A DNA stretch of 64,000 nucleotides from Octopus sinensis (Eukaryota): NCBI RefSeq assembly GCF_006345805.1, contig NC_042997.1, positions 139,066,001 through 139,130,000 of the forward strand. The letters run 5' to 3'. Under the pieces are notes generated by a model. The model did no database searches. It worked only from the letters and a program-made list of their open reading frames with translations, and was not told where the DNA came from. Numbering within the stretch: position 1 is the stretch's first letter; each line of letters begins with the position of its first letter. This document shows, in pieces, positions 39,776-53,420 of this stretch. Made by a program: the position numbers and the translations under genes.

Positions 39776-40985
39776 ATGGGCTTTTTTCAGTTTCCGACTG
39801 CCATATATATATATATATATATACAATGGGTTTTTTTCAGTTTCCGATCCATTCACAAGGCTTTTTTTTCTCAGGCAATAACAAATCATATCGTATTTAT
39901 TGTCTGTGAAAATTATAGAATATAAAACAACTTTGATAAAAAAATTATATCTACTTTTCTGACGAAAACAATGCCGTTATATATATATATATTTACATAT
40001 ATATATACACACATATATACATACATGCATACATACTACATACATACATACATACATACATACATACATACATACATACATACATACATACATACATACT
40101 ACATACATACATACATACATACATACGTACACACACACAGTCACACACACAGTCACACACACAGTCACACACACATATACGTACATTCATGCATGCATAC
40201 ATACATACATACATTATACTTTTATAAGAATAATATTCATAGTGACTTCGAAGCTTCAAAGTCCGATCGCGGCTAAGCAGACCTAAATTTCAACGTTACT
40301 GTCAATACTATTCTTCAAGAATAAATATGTATAGTTGTTTGTATTTTAAGATGACAAAAGTGGCGAAGATGGCACAACCGTTAGCACGCCGGACAAAATT
40401 CTTAGTGATATTTCATCCTTTTTATGTTCTGAGCTCCAATTCCGCCGAGGTCGATTTTGCCTTTCATTCTTTCGGGGTTGATAAAAGAAAAATATGTACC
40501 AGTCAAGTACTGAGTTCGATGTAATCGATTTTTCCTCTTTTCAAAAACTGCTAGCCTTGTACCAAAATTTAAAACTCGAGAAGGCATGGTTGTGTGGTAC
40601 GAAGCTTGTTCTCCAACTACATGATTCCGAGTTTAGTCCCACTGCGAGGCCCCTTGAACAAGTGTGTCTTCTAATATAGTCTCGGACCGACCAAAGCCTT
40701 GTGAATGGATTTGGCAGTCGGAAACTGAAAAAAACCCATTGTATATATATATATATATATATATATGTACAATGGGCTTTTTTCAGTTTCCGACTGCCAT
40801 ATATATATATATATATATTATACAATGGGTTTTTTTCAGTTTCCGATCCATTCACAAGGCTTTTTTTTCTCAGGCAATAACAAATCATATCGTATTTATT
40901 GTCTGTGAAAATTATAGAATATAAAACAACTTTGATAAAAAAATTATATCTACTTTTCTGACGAAAACAATGCCGTTATATATAT
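38985..40985. repeat. Tandem duplication of about 1 kb
   Basis: Offset is 1000 bp at 39241/40241, 39301/40301 and 39661/40661. At least 6 substitutions outside the microsatellites. Junctions lie in (TA)n. Confidence 0.95.
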
Positions 40986-40997
40986 ATATATATATAG

Positions 40998-41056
<59 letters not shown>

Positions 41057-41057
<1 letters not shown>

Positions 41058-42142
41058 GTGCTATGGTAAAGTTGGTTAAGAAGGACATATTTAAAACTGC
41101 TGCTGCTGTTTCTCGGAAAATGAGCATTGTATTGAAGAAAACTTTATCTCGAAAAACTGTGTCTCGTCGTTTAGTTGAACATGACCTACAAGCAAGAGCA
41201 CCTGCAGTGAAGCCACTGATCAGCTCCAAGAATGAAAAGTGTCGTCTTACCTTTGCAACCGAACATGTGTTGTGGTCTCAAGAAAAATGGCAAACGGTGC
41301 ATTTCAGTGATGAATCTAAGTTTATGTTATTTGGCTCAGATGGGAAAAGGTACGTTCGTCGAAAAGTAGGTGAATAATTGTCGCCTAAATGCCTTAAGAC
41401 TAGTGTTAAATTCGGTGGAGGAAGTGTCATGGTTTGGGGGATGATATCTGGAGATGGTGTGGGCCCTTTGGTGCGGTTACATGGAAAGGTAAATGCAGGA
41501 GTTTATAAACAACTTGTAAAAGATCATGTCTTGCCTGTGCTGAGAAATTCAACTAAGCGTCCACCCATATTCATGCAGGACAATGCCCCATATTACAAGT
41601 CTAAGGTGGTCATGAACTTCATCAAGGCTGAAAAGGTTATTGTTATGGGTTGGCCTGCTCAAAGCCCAGATCTCAATCCTATTGAAAATGTATGGAATAT
41701 TCTAGGAGAACGTTCGAAAGCCAGAAATCCTAAAACAACTGAGCAATTATGGAATGCCCTTCAGGAAGAATGGAATAAGATCACCCAAGAAGAAATTGAA
41801 AATTTAATTTCCTCATGCAGTCGAAGATGTCAGAGTGTGATTGAAGCTAAAGGGCTTCACACTAAATATTAAATAATTACAGTATTCTCTGTCATTTGTG
41901 ATTATTTTGTTATTTTTTCAACCGTTCTGATCATTTTGGCCGCCATGGGTTTTGCAGTAAATCACTAAATCATCCATAAGTTTTGTATTATCCTCTCAAA
42001 TTACACCAAAATCTCAGACAATAACAATTAATATTGTATTTATTGTTTGTGACAATTATAGAATATAAAACAACTTTGATAAAAACTTATACTTACTTTT
42101 CTGATGAAAACTATGCCGTTCTGAACATTTTGGCCGCAACTG
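41057..42142 (+). mobile_element. Tc1 (DD34E) transposon, 5'-truncated, IR-DR type right end
   Basis: ORFs 40970-41377 and 41378-41872 are one frame split by a single TAA. HFSDESKF, QDNAP-34aa-E (SPDLNPIENVW). The right end has direct repeats at 41923-41943 and 42117-42137 and ends ...CAACTG + TA. Confidence 0.95.
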
Positions 42143-42792
42143 TATATACTTATATATATATAAAAAACCAGCTTAGAGAAGAAGAAACGAAACGAAACCA
42201 AACGAACCGAATCGAATCGACGCGAGGGCGCTCAGTCATACAATAGTGTAATAAATAAAATATATGCATACATACAAACATATATGTACGTACCTACATC
42301 TACATGTATATATACATGCATATATAAATATATATATACGTGTGTACAGGACACCACAAATAGACGTAGAACTCAACGAGAAACGAAAAAGTAAAAACGG
42401 CATGAGACGGACCATTCTTTTAACAACGAAAAAACAGAGTACAAGACAACTACACAAGGAAAAATCCCCTTCATCAGGTGTCCCTAGTTCAACTCCAGCG
42501 TGTTTCGAAGGTGAGGACAGAACACGTCTTGTCGACTTATCCTTCCTGCGAAAGAATTAAATAAAATTCCTTTGCAGAGGGGTAAAAACAAGGGGAAAAA
42601 ATGTGACAAAAACAGGACGTAAAAACAATACAATTAAAAACAAATACAAAATAAAAATACAATTACAAAAAATACAGTACAAGAAGGGGTAGAAACAGGA
42701 CAGGAAAACAAATAATGAGGGCATATAAGCCTAGATGAGATATACATACATACATACATGCATACATACATACATACATACATACATACATA

Positions 42793-44007
42793 CGTGACTG
42801 AAGTAAATAGACATCACATAAAACATCGTTTTATGTTTATTTTAACTTGAAAAGGTTTATATTTGTTATTAATTGACATTTTTATGTTTCAGGTTCTATA
42901 TGTGACTGTTTAATCATGCCACGTACAGAAGAAGTCTCAGAACTGTGCGAATTTCAAAGAGGCCGTATTGTGGGTCAATCCGAAAGTGGACTTCGCAGAA
43001 AACCTTAGGATTCCGCTTTTTACAGTTAATAGAGTGATCGTGCAATTCACCAGAGAGGGGAAGGAGCCCATATCACCTCGCCCACGTTGACCGGGATCCT
43101 TTGATAGGATCCTTTGCTTTGTTGATAGAAGTATGGAGAATAATCTTCGTTGCAAGGTCTCTGACACAGCAGAACAAGTTGATTCCAGTCCCAGAACAGT
43201 TGTCAGATATCTTCACAAACTTGGCTTCTATGGTAGTGCAGCAAGAAGGAAGCCACTTCTTCGACAAACCAATACCAAGCAGATAAAAGATTGGGCCAAT
43301 GAGATTATGGAAAGGCCACTAGCATTTTGGGACACTGTCATATTCTCTGATGAGTCCAGATTTGCTGTATTTTCTGAGTGGTCGAGCGTGAGTCTGAAGA
43401 CTCTGTGATCAAGTATTTGACTTGAAAAGATTGCACGGCGGCTACTCTGAGAATGTATGGGGTGCAATTTGGAGCAATAGTCGATCAATGCTAGTAGAGT
43501 GTGAGAGAAACATAAACTTAGATAAATATGTGTATATATTGCAGAAAGGACTCCTTCCAATTTTCTCCAGTGGTGAAATGATTAAAAAAGACCTTTTATT
43601 TTTGGAAGATGGAACTTCTTGTCACACAGCTAAAAAGACCCAAGGTTGCTTGGAAGAGAATGGCATTGAAAAGCTTCCATGGCCAAGCCAGTCACCAGAT
43701 ATGAACCTTATTGAACAGCCCTGGGACATAATGGACAGGACACTTTGTAAAAAGAACAAGAAAGCATTCTCAAAGCCAGATCTTTTGAGATTATTGCATG
43801 AAATTTGGCAAGAAATTCTTCAAGAGAATATTCGTTATCTGATCACTAGCATGCCTAATTGGGTTCTTGCATTGAAAAATGCAAAGGGCATGTCTACTAA
43901 ATATTTGATATTCACATTATAATAATTCATAAATAATTTTAATGTATAATTTCAGATTTAAATAAATTTTAACAACTATAAGAATGTTTATTTACTTCTG
44001 TCTGTTT
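42793..44007 (+). mobile_element. Tc1 transposon, near full length but decayed
   Basis: [20 protein letters not shown] start at ~42916; IFSDESRF; EDGTSCH; WPSQSPDMNLIEQPW. Short imperfect TIRs (GAC.GAAGTAAATA.ACAT) at ~42796-42814 and ~43984-44002. Confidence 0.9.
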
Positions 44008-44270
44008 ATATATTCAATCGTGCGCGTCTTTGTGCCTGAGTTTGCCCCAAACCCACCAACACCCTTAACAACGGACGTTGGAGTGTTTACATCCCCGTAA
44101 CTTAGCGGTTCGGCCTAAGTGACCGATAGAACAAGTACAAGGGTTACAAAGAATAAGTCTTGCAGTCGATTTCTCCCACTAAAAATCCTTTAAAGCGATG
44201 CTGCAGCATGGCTGCAGTCAAAAGACTGAAACAAGTAAAAGAAAAAAATAAAAGAATATATATAATAAAA

Positions 44271-44377
<107 letters not shown>

Positions 44378-45079
44378 GCAAGTGTTGAAATTTATAAGAA
44401 AAACTATAATCATTAATTAAAAATAATATAGCTACTCGGTTCGTCTTTGTGCGGAGAAGACAATAATTAATATATAATTTTCGTGAAAATACAAAGGACC
44501 CGTCAAATTTGACACTAACCTCCTGGTAGAGATTAATTGGATGTAGTTAATCACATGATACCCTCCCACATTCACCCACCCCGAGCGCCCGAGGATCTTC
44601 TGACATCCCAGATATTTCACAACAACGAAGTAGCCATCTGCTTTAAGTGTGTAACGATGTTGTTACGTCATAGATACGTAAGTTTTTTTTAAGTTTTAGT
44701 TCGAGATGACCCTTTCTTACGTTAACGACACAATTTTTCATATGGTGACAATATAGCCTAATGTGACATTCTTTTATTCATCTGTCTGAAGTGAAGTTGA
44801 TGCCGCCTTTGGCTACTTAAAAAAAAAAAGAATATTAAAACATGAAAACAAAAAACAAGCGAAGATGGGAAAAATATTTTTTAAAATCCTTTACTGGGTT
44901 ACGAAAGACTAATTGGGTTAATACTGTTAATGTTCTGTTTGAATTATTAAAGGGCATTGACATGAGAAAAACATTAATAACAGAAAAAAATGAATCGGAA
45001 AAAACAAAATGAGTTTAAGCATGCTAAGTTCTAGAAAACAAGAGGACGTTACATTTAGCGATATGTCTAGGAAATGAGG

Positions 45080-45148
45080 AGGCAGCAACAGCAGCAGCAG
45101 CAGCAGTAGCAGTAGCAGTAGCAGTAGCAGTAGCAGTAGTAGTAGTAA

Positions 45149-45180
<32 letters not shown>

Positions 45181-45530
45181 TAGTAGTAGTAGTAGTGGTG
45201 GTGGTGGTGGTGGTGGTGGTTGTGGTGGTGGTTGTGGTGGTTGTGGTGGTGGTGGTGGTGGTGGTGGTATTGGCGATGATCGTTGTTGTAGTAGTGATAA
45301 TGGTGTTGGTGGTAGTAGAGGTGGTATCGGTGGAGGGTGATGGGATTAGTATTTGTGATGGTACTGGTGGAGGTGGTTACACTGATGTTTCTAGTGGTAT
45401 TGGTGGCGATGGTGATTGTTGTGGTATTGGGAGAGGAGATGGTGATGATGGTGGTGGTGGTGGTGGTGATGGTGGTGGTGATGGTTGTGAAGGTGGTGAT
45501 TGTGGTGGTGGCGTTGGTGGTGGTGGTGGT
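45080..45530. repeat. Compound (GCA)/(GTA)/(GTG) microsatellite block
   Basis: Direct reading. Confidence 0.9.
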
Positions 45531-45859
45531 TTGCGAAAAGAAACCGTTGTAACAGTAACAAGGATGGAGTTATGACAGCTCGACGCCAGTCGTTCGACCC
45601 GCTGGAAATAGTGACCAAATATTCGTCATATCTTATTCTACCGTCTAAAGAAGGAAAGAGACGCATTGTTTTCTATGTGGTCCTATATAAACTGTCTAAC
45701 AAAACAATAAAATAAAATTACCGACGGGGTGGTCACAGAACGAACGCTTTGATCATAGGCTTCCTGAATCAGAACTGATCTGAAGATAAATAACAATAGC
45801 AGGGTTTGTTGCTGTTGTGTTCCCACGTGTGTGGTGAATGCACTGTCCTATTATGAAAA

Positions 45860-46649
45860 TAAAATATTCTTTTCTACTGTAGGCACTTTTTGGGAAGTGG
45901 GGCAGTCCATTAGATCGGCCCCATTACGCAACTGTTACTTAGTTTATCGACCCCGAAAGTATGAAAGGCAAAGTTAACCTCGGCGGAATTTGAACTCAGA
46001 ATGTAGCGGCAGACGAAATACCTATTTCTTTACTACCCACAATGGGCTAAATACAGAGAGGACAAACAAGGACAGACAAACGGATTAATTCGATTATATC
46101 GACCCCAGTGTGTAACTGGTACTTATTTAATCGACCCCGAAAGGATGAAAGGCAAAGTCGACCTCGACGGAATTTGAACTCAGAACGTAGCGGCAGAAGA
46201 AATACCTATTTCTTTACTACCCACAAAGGGCTAAACACAGAGAGGACAAACAAGGACAGACAAACGGATTAAGTCGATTATATCGACCCCAGTGCGTAAC
46301 TGGTACTTTATTTAACGACCCCGAAAGGCTGAAAGGCAAAGTCGACCTCGGCAGAATTTGAACTCAGAACGTAGCGGCAGAAGAAATACCGCTAAGCATT
46401 TCACCCGGCGTGCTAACGTTTCTTATTTCTTTACTGCCTATAAGGGACTAAACATAGAGGGGACAAACAAGGACAGACAAACAGATTAATTCGATTATAT
46501 CGATCCCAGTAACTGTTACTTAATTTATCCACCCCTTAAGGATGAAAGGCAAAATCGACCTCGACGGAATTTGAACTTAGAACGTAAAGACACGAAATAT
46601 TTTTAAGCCTTTCGCCCGGCGTGCTAACGTTTCTGCCAGCTCACCGCCT
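45860..46649 (-). mobile_element. Head-to-tail array of four SINE family A copies
   Basis: GAAAGGCAAA..CGACCTCG..GGAATTTGAAC.AGAA recurs four times. The GAAATACCTATTTCTTTACT junction occurs at ~46015 and ~46199, a period of about 184 bp. Confidence 0.9.
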
Positions 46650-47199
46650 CATCAAAATAAGATATTGAATTATTGGTGGTTAAATGGGTGTTAACAAATT
46701 TAACGATATCGGACCGAAAGTCATTCGTATAATGATTTATTGTAGTTAGTAAAGGCAAGAGACATAACCTTGAAATTTGTCATTAGATTAACAACACGAG
46801 ACATAGTTCGGTCATACTAGACCTTATTGTTGAAATATAGTCTTACCAATACTGTCAGACCTAAGATGAAGAGGATATACAGAGTGATTTATTGACTGAG
46901 CACGGAGTGGTAAGAAAACTTAGCAAGATAACGAGGGTGAATATCCAGGGATTCCTGCTGCATAGAAAATGAGCTGTAAAGTCAAAGCTAACATTCTTAA
47001 TTTAGAGAACCAAGAAATTTTAATAAATTAAAATTACGCTCGTAGTTGAAGAGAATTATTCTTCGTGAAGAAAAACGGTTGATCAGAGCTGAATTAGTTT
47101 TTTTGTAATTTGAAGAGAAAGTGCAGTCTTTACAGTCTGCAGAATAACAATGAGAGAATAGTGGATATTTAGTATGCCTTAGCTGAAGATGCAAAAATT

Positions 47200-48255
47200 C
47201 ACATTAAGGTTGAGGCACCTCTGGCTTTACCTGGATGGAGAGCAGGTGTGGTCACCGCAAGTTCGGTTCTAACTTCCCAAGTTAACGTCCTTAACGGACA
47301 TTGGTGTATGGATTAAGCGGAGACCTAAGCTGAGAGACTGGCATTTGGAGTGCCGTCAGGTGCTCCAGCTACTCTGTCGGGTGGGCAATGCCGGCAGCAG
47401 GAGTTCCACCGCGGATTCCTATTGGGGGTTAGTGGAATCTATGTCAGAAGACGCCTTGGGGGAGACGGACCCTTGGCTACGATGAAAATCAGTTGGTCAA
47501 CCTGTTCAAGAGAACGTTCAGGCCGGGGTATCTGGATAATTACCAGAAACCCCTGGCTTGGCAGTGCTTCCATGCGGCGTTACCGGTTCGTGACAAGCTG
47601 TCAAGGCACGGAAGTGCCGTCTCGCCATGTCCGAGATGTGGTCAAGATAGGGAAACCGTCTTGCACGCATTCGTGGAGTGTCCAGAGTTATAGGGGCTGA
47701 TAGCTTTTGTCGAACAACTGTTGTCAGTGATGGGAAGAGTACAGCTATCACCTGAGTCTATCATCGAGATTGTGCCACTTCCTTTCTTTAACAGGGAAAG
47801 GAAGGCTTGTATTCTCTGCGTAGTAGCCATACTGAAAGTATGGATGACGAGTGTGAAAGATATAGTGACAGGTACCTTTGTCTCTGGCCAAAGGGTTTGG
47901 TTAACTTTTTTAGTTACCACGGTGGTAAGATCAGACCGGAGAAGTGTCTGTCACGAGATATGTTTGTGAAAAGATGGAAGCCTGTGGTGAGCAAGCTGGG
48001 TGCGATTGGCACCAGGTAATTGAGGTCGGGTTAAAAAGTAAAGGTTCTACCCGGATGGCCGGGTGCCTTTCTTTCAACGCTCCTGATTATTCAAAATTCA
48101 AAATTTTTATTGTATATTTCATCGATTCGTTTTTTCATCCGATTGATTTGACATTTTTAAAACGTAAAAGCTTCTTCACCCTTTATGTTTGTCTGTCCTT
48201 GTTTGTCTCCTCTTGGTAATGCCTGTATGGCAAATCTTTATGAAATAAAGAAGGA
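47200..48255 (+). mobile_element. Second Tx1/L1-type LINE 3' fragment, more decayed
   Basis: LAWQCFHAALPVRDKLSRHGSAVSPCPRCGQDRETVLHAFVECP, homologous to 13950-14100. Confidence 0.9.
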
Positions 48256-49109
48256 TATTTAGTGTTCATGAGTTGAAAGTTTGTAGTGTTACGCGGGTAC
48301 TTGTACTTTGGAGATCGTTTTACGTACAGTCTGTTGCTCTTTGATCAAACTGTTAGCAAAACTCCCAATACAGAAAATTTCGATTGTAAATCAACAATTG
48401 TAATTACTGATAATTAAATATTTATGCACACTCGAACACATATACGCGTACACATGAACACATGTACATGCAGACATGAACACATATGGATGTACATATG
48501 AATGACTACACATCCATATACATATGTATATGTATGAGACTAATCTAAGTAAGGAAAGGAAAATATGTTTTTCTTGTATGTGAAACACACACTTGAGACT
48601 GGTTTTGTATTTTTGTGTATAGACCACTTCACATAATTTTCTAAACATCGTATCATAGCGATAAATTGATTGAACCATTGAGCGTATTTGTTAAACATAT
48701 AGCAACTTTGATTTCATTTGGTATAGCTGTTTCAAAGTTCGCTGAATCTAGCAGTCTCTCTGGTATGAATTTCAGGAGCGTTAGCAAAGAGTCTTTCAAG
48801 GCACTTTATATGCTATACTGTATTTATACAGTATTTCTAGTCTTGCAAACAATATCTGAGATTCCTGGCACACATATCGCAGAACCAACAATAAAAGACT
48901 GTTTAGATTCGAAAAAAAAAAAGGAACAGAAGGAAGATTGTTTATTTAAAGAAGGAAGACAACCAAAGGCATGATTACATCATGAAAAGATTCAGTAGAG
49001 TTTATGATAACTGTTCGTAGTGTGAGTTATAAGTGTTATATTTGTTATTTTGTTAATGCTGTGTTAGAAACATATCAATTTAATATATTTGTTGTTAGGT
49101 TTGTAAGTT

Positions 49110-49388
49110 GGAGGCGCAATGGCCCAGTGGTTAGGGCAGCGGACTCGCATTCGGAGATCGCAGTTTCGATTCCCAGACCGGGCGTTGTGTATGTTTATAG
49201 AGCTCCACGAGGTTAGGGCAGGGGGTGGTGGCGACCCCTGTTGTACACTTTCGCCACAGCTTTCTCTCACTGTTTCTTGAGTAACGCTGCGATGGACTGG
49301 CATCCTGTCCAGCTGGGGGGAACACACACGCCACAGAAACCGGTAAACCGGGCCCATGAGCCTGGTTAGGCTTGAAAAGGGCGACGTT
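49110..49388 (+). mobile_element. SINE family C (tRNA-derived head)
   Basis: TGGCCCAGTGG A-box and GTTTCGATTCC B-box. Related heads at ~30318-30390, 35790-35975 (-) and 51237-51420. Confidence 0.85.
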
Positions 49389-51944
49389 TATCGTTTTTAG
49401 GCTTGTAAATAAATTTTTATAACAGACAGAGTTAGAAGTCATTACGATTGCCAAAGGGAATAATTTTACTTTCGTCAACGATCTCTGTGGCAAAAGAAAA
49501 GTGACGAAAGAAATAGATATCAACAATGGTTATTTCGAAGTGAATTAATATCAAGGGTATGCATGAGGTCACAGAAAATTATTAAAGAACTTAAAGAATT
49601 CTTTTCTTTGGAGATGGGATACTGTTATGTGCATCTGTATTACAAGGGTATGTATTTCATGTGCTTGTGTGTGCGAGTGTGTGTGTGTGTGTGTATGTGT
49701 GTCGGTGTGTGTGTAGGTGTGTGTATGTGTGTACAGAGAAGGGAGTGAGAGATAAGACGAGGTAAATTGAAGTATTTTCTGACAATTGGGTCAAATTTGG
49801 TGCGCAGTGGTTTTCAAGGCGATGATATACTGACAGGCCGTATTTAAACATTTGTAGGTGGGAGTTATTTCATTTGACGTCTGTGGGAACACTATTATCG
49901 CTACAGAATTGCGTTATCCTGCAGTTGATGTGTTGGGTTTATTGTGTATATGTTGTTGCAGTTGCTACTGCTGCTGTAGTTGTTGTTGTTGTTTTTGTTG
50001 TTGTTGTTTAGCATCAAGTTTGTTCTGACTGATCAGATCTAAGATCAAAGACATTCTAGTCGTTGCTATCCCGTCTTTTCAAGCAGAATATGTAAGACTG
50101 TCTTATCCAATATGTTCTTCCCTAATTTTTAAGACAGCAATGCGGGATTAGAGAAAAATTCGGCTGCTATTTCACACAGGCTGAGATACCACGAGGTGAC
50201 TCCATCGTAGGTTCGCTCTGTGTTTATGAGATTTGTGTGTGTGTGTGTGTGTGTGTATGTGAGTGTGTGTGTGAGAGAGAGACAGACAGACAGACAGAGA
50301 CAGAGAGACAGAGAAAGAGTAATCAGTGTATGTGAATAATATAAGTGGGGAGCATGATAGCATTAAATGTAGTAAACTTGTGCGCAATTGAGAAGTATCT
50401 AGCAAAATCTTTTTTGGTAAAAGCTGCGACACAAAACCATATTTTGCTTGATGGAATTCATTTTTCCAGAATTTCCTTTGAAGAGAACAGTAGTCCACAA
50501 AAATTAAAAGATGTCAGTTCTTTAATAAAGGTAAAAATGTTACTCTCCATATTGACAGCATATTGTTTTCTTCGTTTCTCTCAATTGGTAAATTATTTAG
50601 ACATTACTGGGTCCCGAATCTGATAGTAAGGATGTGAAAACTTGAGAAGTATCTAGTGTGGTTTACCATAGTTGGAGATGGAGCATATCTGTGATCGTAA
50701 TCAGCCAGCTTAAAATCAATGTGGACTGTCATGAGCAAGCTGTTCCCGGATTCTGTATCAATGTTTCTATACTGTTTTGAGGAAGATTTGGCTGTTATTT
50801 CTAACATGATGAGCGACCGCATAAAAGCCTCTTAGTTGCCAGGATGTTATAAATGTGTATGTTGAGGTGATGTAAATGTATTTTTTTGATTTTTGTTTTG
50901 CTAGTTTTTTTACATCAGAGTGATTGCACTTGTAGCATAAAAATTTTGAGACTTGGGGTTTATTGGTGCAAAAGAATATATATCGATTTAAGTATTATTG
51001 TTGCATTATGTAAGTAACATACATTGTGGGGCGAATTTCCAATTTGTTCTTGAGAGATTAAGGAATTCAAACATAGTTTATGAAAAATCTAATATGTCGT
51101 TTGTCCGTTAATGTTGTTGGTTCTGAATTAATTAAATGTACGAACTGTGACATGTAAAATGTCACATGTATTTTACATGTTCTCTGATCATTTCAGGTAT
51201 ATTGTAGATAATTCCTAGTGGCTTCGATATCCACGAAGGCGCGTGGCCTAATAATTAGGCTGCTGATCTCATGATTATAAGGTCGTCGATTTAATTTCTG
51301 AACGGGTTGAGGCATTGAGTCATTGAACAAGGCGCTTTCTTTTATGCTACTCCAGTCTACTCAACTGAAAATAATTACCAACTTAGTGCTAGTCCAACCC
51401 TTTCTATCTTCAACTGTCACATTCCCGATGTTCCACAAGGGCCAAAACAGTGTCTATGTCTACTCACAAATAATAGACATCTAAAACAGGGAGCGAAAGC
51501 GTTGTATATGTGGGTAGCTCATAGTCGCTTGAGAGTGACGGCTATGTTTCCTTTATTTTTGTTACCCATGAGTATAATGCAGTTGTTATTTAGCCCCTGA
51601 CCTATTCTGGTTGAGTAAAACAATATCCTACAGCATTATGTAGCTAAACCTTCATTATCCTATAAGACACATACTTTTCGAGGCGGAAGAATTTAATCTG
51701 AAAGTGAATTGGCTGCAGTTTTTGCAGGTCAAGCAACGGCGTAGAGGCTTTCTCTTTGTTTTGTTCCATGTTTATGTAATTGAGTGTGATGATCGGTTGT
51801 ATCTGAGGATTTTGGATGTTGCGAGTAAGAAAGGTAATGATGGATTTGTTGCATTTTTCTATATCTTACACGAATTGTTGGTTAATGTGTGCTGCTTTAA
51901 AATTGGTTTCATATTTTGGCACAAAGTCAGTAGATTTGTGGGGA

Positions 51945-52335
51945 GAAACTAAGTCGATTAAATCGGCTTCAGTGTTCAACCTGCACTTATTTTATCGACC
52001 CCGAAAAGATGAAAGACAAAGTCGATCTCGGCGGAATTTAAACTCATAACGTGAAGACGGACGAAATGCCGCTAAATTTTTCGCCCGGCGTGCTAACAAT
52101 TCTGCCAGCTCGCCGCCTTCCGTGCTGTGCATTAATATTGATATAATGTGTAAGGTGTAAAGCTGGCAGAAATCGTTAACACGCTGAGCAAAATGTTTAG
52201 CGGCATTTCGTTCGTCTTTACTTTCTAATTTCAAATGCCTCTGAGGCCGACTTTGCCTTTCATCCTTTCTGGGTCAATAAAATAAGTACTGAATGTAAGA
52301 TGGGCGTCGATGTAATCGACCGACCTCCTACCCCG
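51945..52335. mobile_element. Divergent (head-to-head) pair of SINE family A copies
   Basis: Minus copy ~51945-52118 and plus copy ~52155-52335. Confidence 0.8.
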
Positions 52336-52889
52336 AAATATAGTGTGTGATATTATTGGGTCGTTATGTGCTTATTATTAAAGCGTTCTGTGACATTATA
52401 AGTATGTTATGTGGTGTTATTAGTGTGTTCTGTGGTCTTGTCGGTATGTTGCGTGCAGTTATTAATGTATTGTGCGACACTTGTTGTATGATGGTTATAG
52501 TAATTGAGCGAATTGTACTAAGTGGTATATATTTGGTATTCTGCATGTCACCGTTCGTTTTAGGTGTTCTGTAGACACAGATTGATATAGAACAAACTTA
52601 TATGCAAAGACATTCCAACTAGGACCAGTCTGCTTTTTTGTCTTTTTTTCAACAAATATCTTGAACTCAATAATCCAAAGATTCTTCCATTTTTCAAGTC
52701 GGTAGGGCGTTCTTTGATTTAAAAGATTTTGCTACTTCGTGCTCGTGCTAATGTTAGTGTGTTAGTTTGATAATGTTTGTATAATGTTTTTCAGTGTATG
52801 TATGTTGTATCGTAATCTGTGTTTTGCAATTGTGTAGAAATGTTAATAAGCAGTATGGTGATGTTTGTGTAGTTTATGATAAGCTTCCT

Positions 52890-53420
52890 AGATCTTGCTT
52901 GGTGAAGAGGGTGATTGTTGGACACCCCGCGGGGCGAAAAATAAGACCCGTCAAAGGGCGGAAGAACTACTGTGTAGTCAACGGCCAATTCAGCAAGTAC
53001 CTCGTCAAGGTGAAGTGCCTGCGTGCTCCAGTGACCCGGAGAGCTATGCTGGAGGGAGAGAAATCTTCAGGCAGGTCTTACCAGGCTAGACAGGTCGAAG
53101 TGTCGGAGACCAACAAAACCTTAACTACAATAAATCGAATCGTCGGCAGCAGGGCGTGGATTTAGTTATCGGCAGGAACACATCAGATTCCTGGCTTTGA
53201 ACTAGCAGGATGTCATGCAGAGGATCTTGAATACAAGACAATGGATGAGACCTTAATATTCCTAGTTAGATGGAAACTGTGGGACCACATGGAGCAGCAC
53301 CCTGTGACTCCTATAATATGCGCAACCGAAACCCCTGTGATGAGGCGTCCTATGGGACGACCTAGACGGGATGAGATGTACAACAGTCGATTTGCTCGAC
53401 TATATCTCTTGCCCAAAAGT
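52890..53420 (+). mobile_element. Probable RTE-type LINE relic
   Basis: GC-richer block ending in RWKLWDHM..RRPMGRPRR, resembling the RTE C-terminal G-R-x-x-GRP motif. No RT core remains. Confidence 0.35.

Noticed and set aside
39241-40241. Exactly 1000-bp offset as a sign of an artificial construct
   Set aside because: The offset drifts to 999 downstream and the copies differ by substitutions and microsatellite lengths, so it is probably coincidental. An assembly artefact remains possible and is noted in the findings.
42465-42530. Minus-strand CTGATGA and GAAAC boxes (similar at ~10050-10110)
   Set aside because: The boxes occur in an order and spacing that I could not fold into a hammerhead with consistent stems.
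49110-49185. tRNA-like sequences (also at ~31130-31204 and ~55080-55140)
   Set aside because: A and B boxes are present but each continues into a repeated SINE body and lacks a clean cloverleaf, so these are SINE heads.
48270-51010. Possible further Penelope relics at ~48270-48420 and ~50340-50830
   Set aside because: Motif resemblance is too weak to support from sequence alone.
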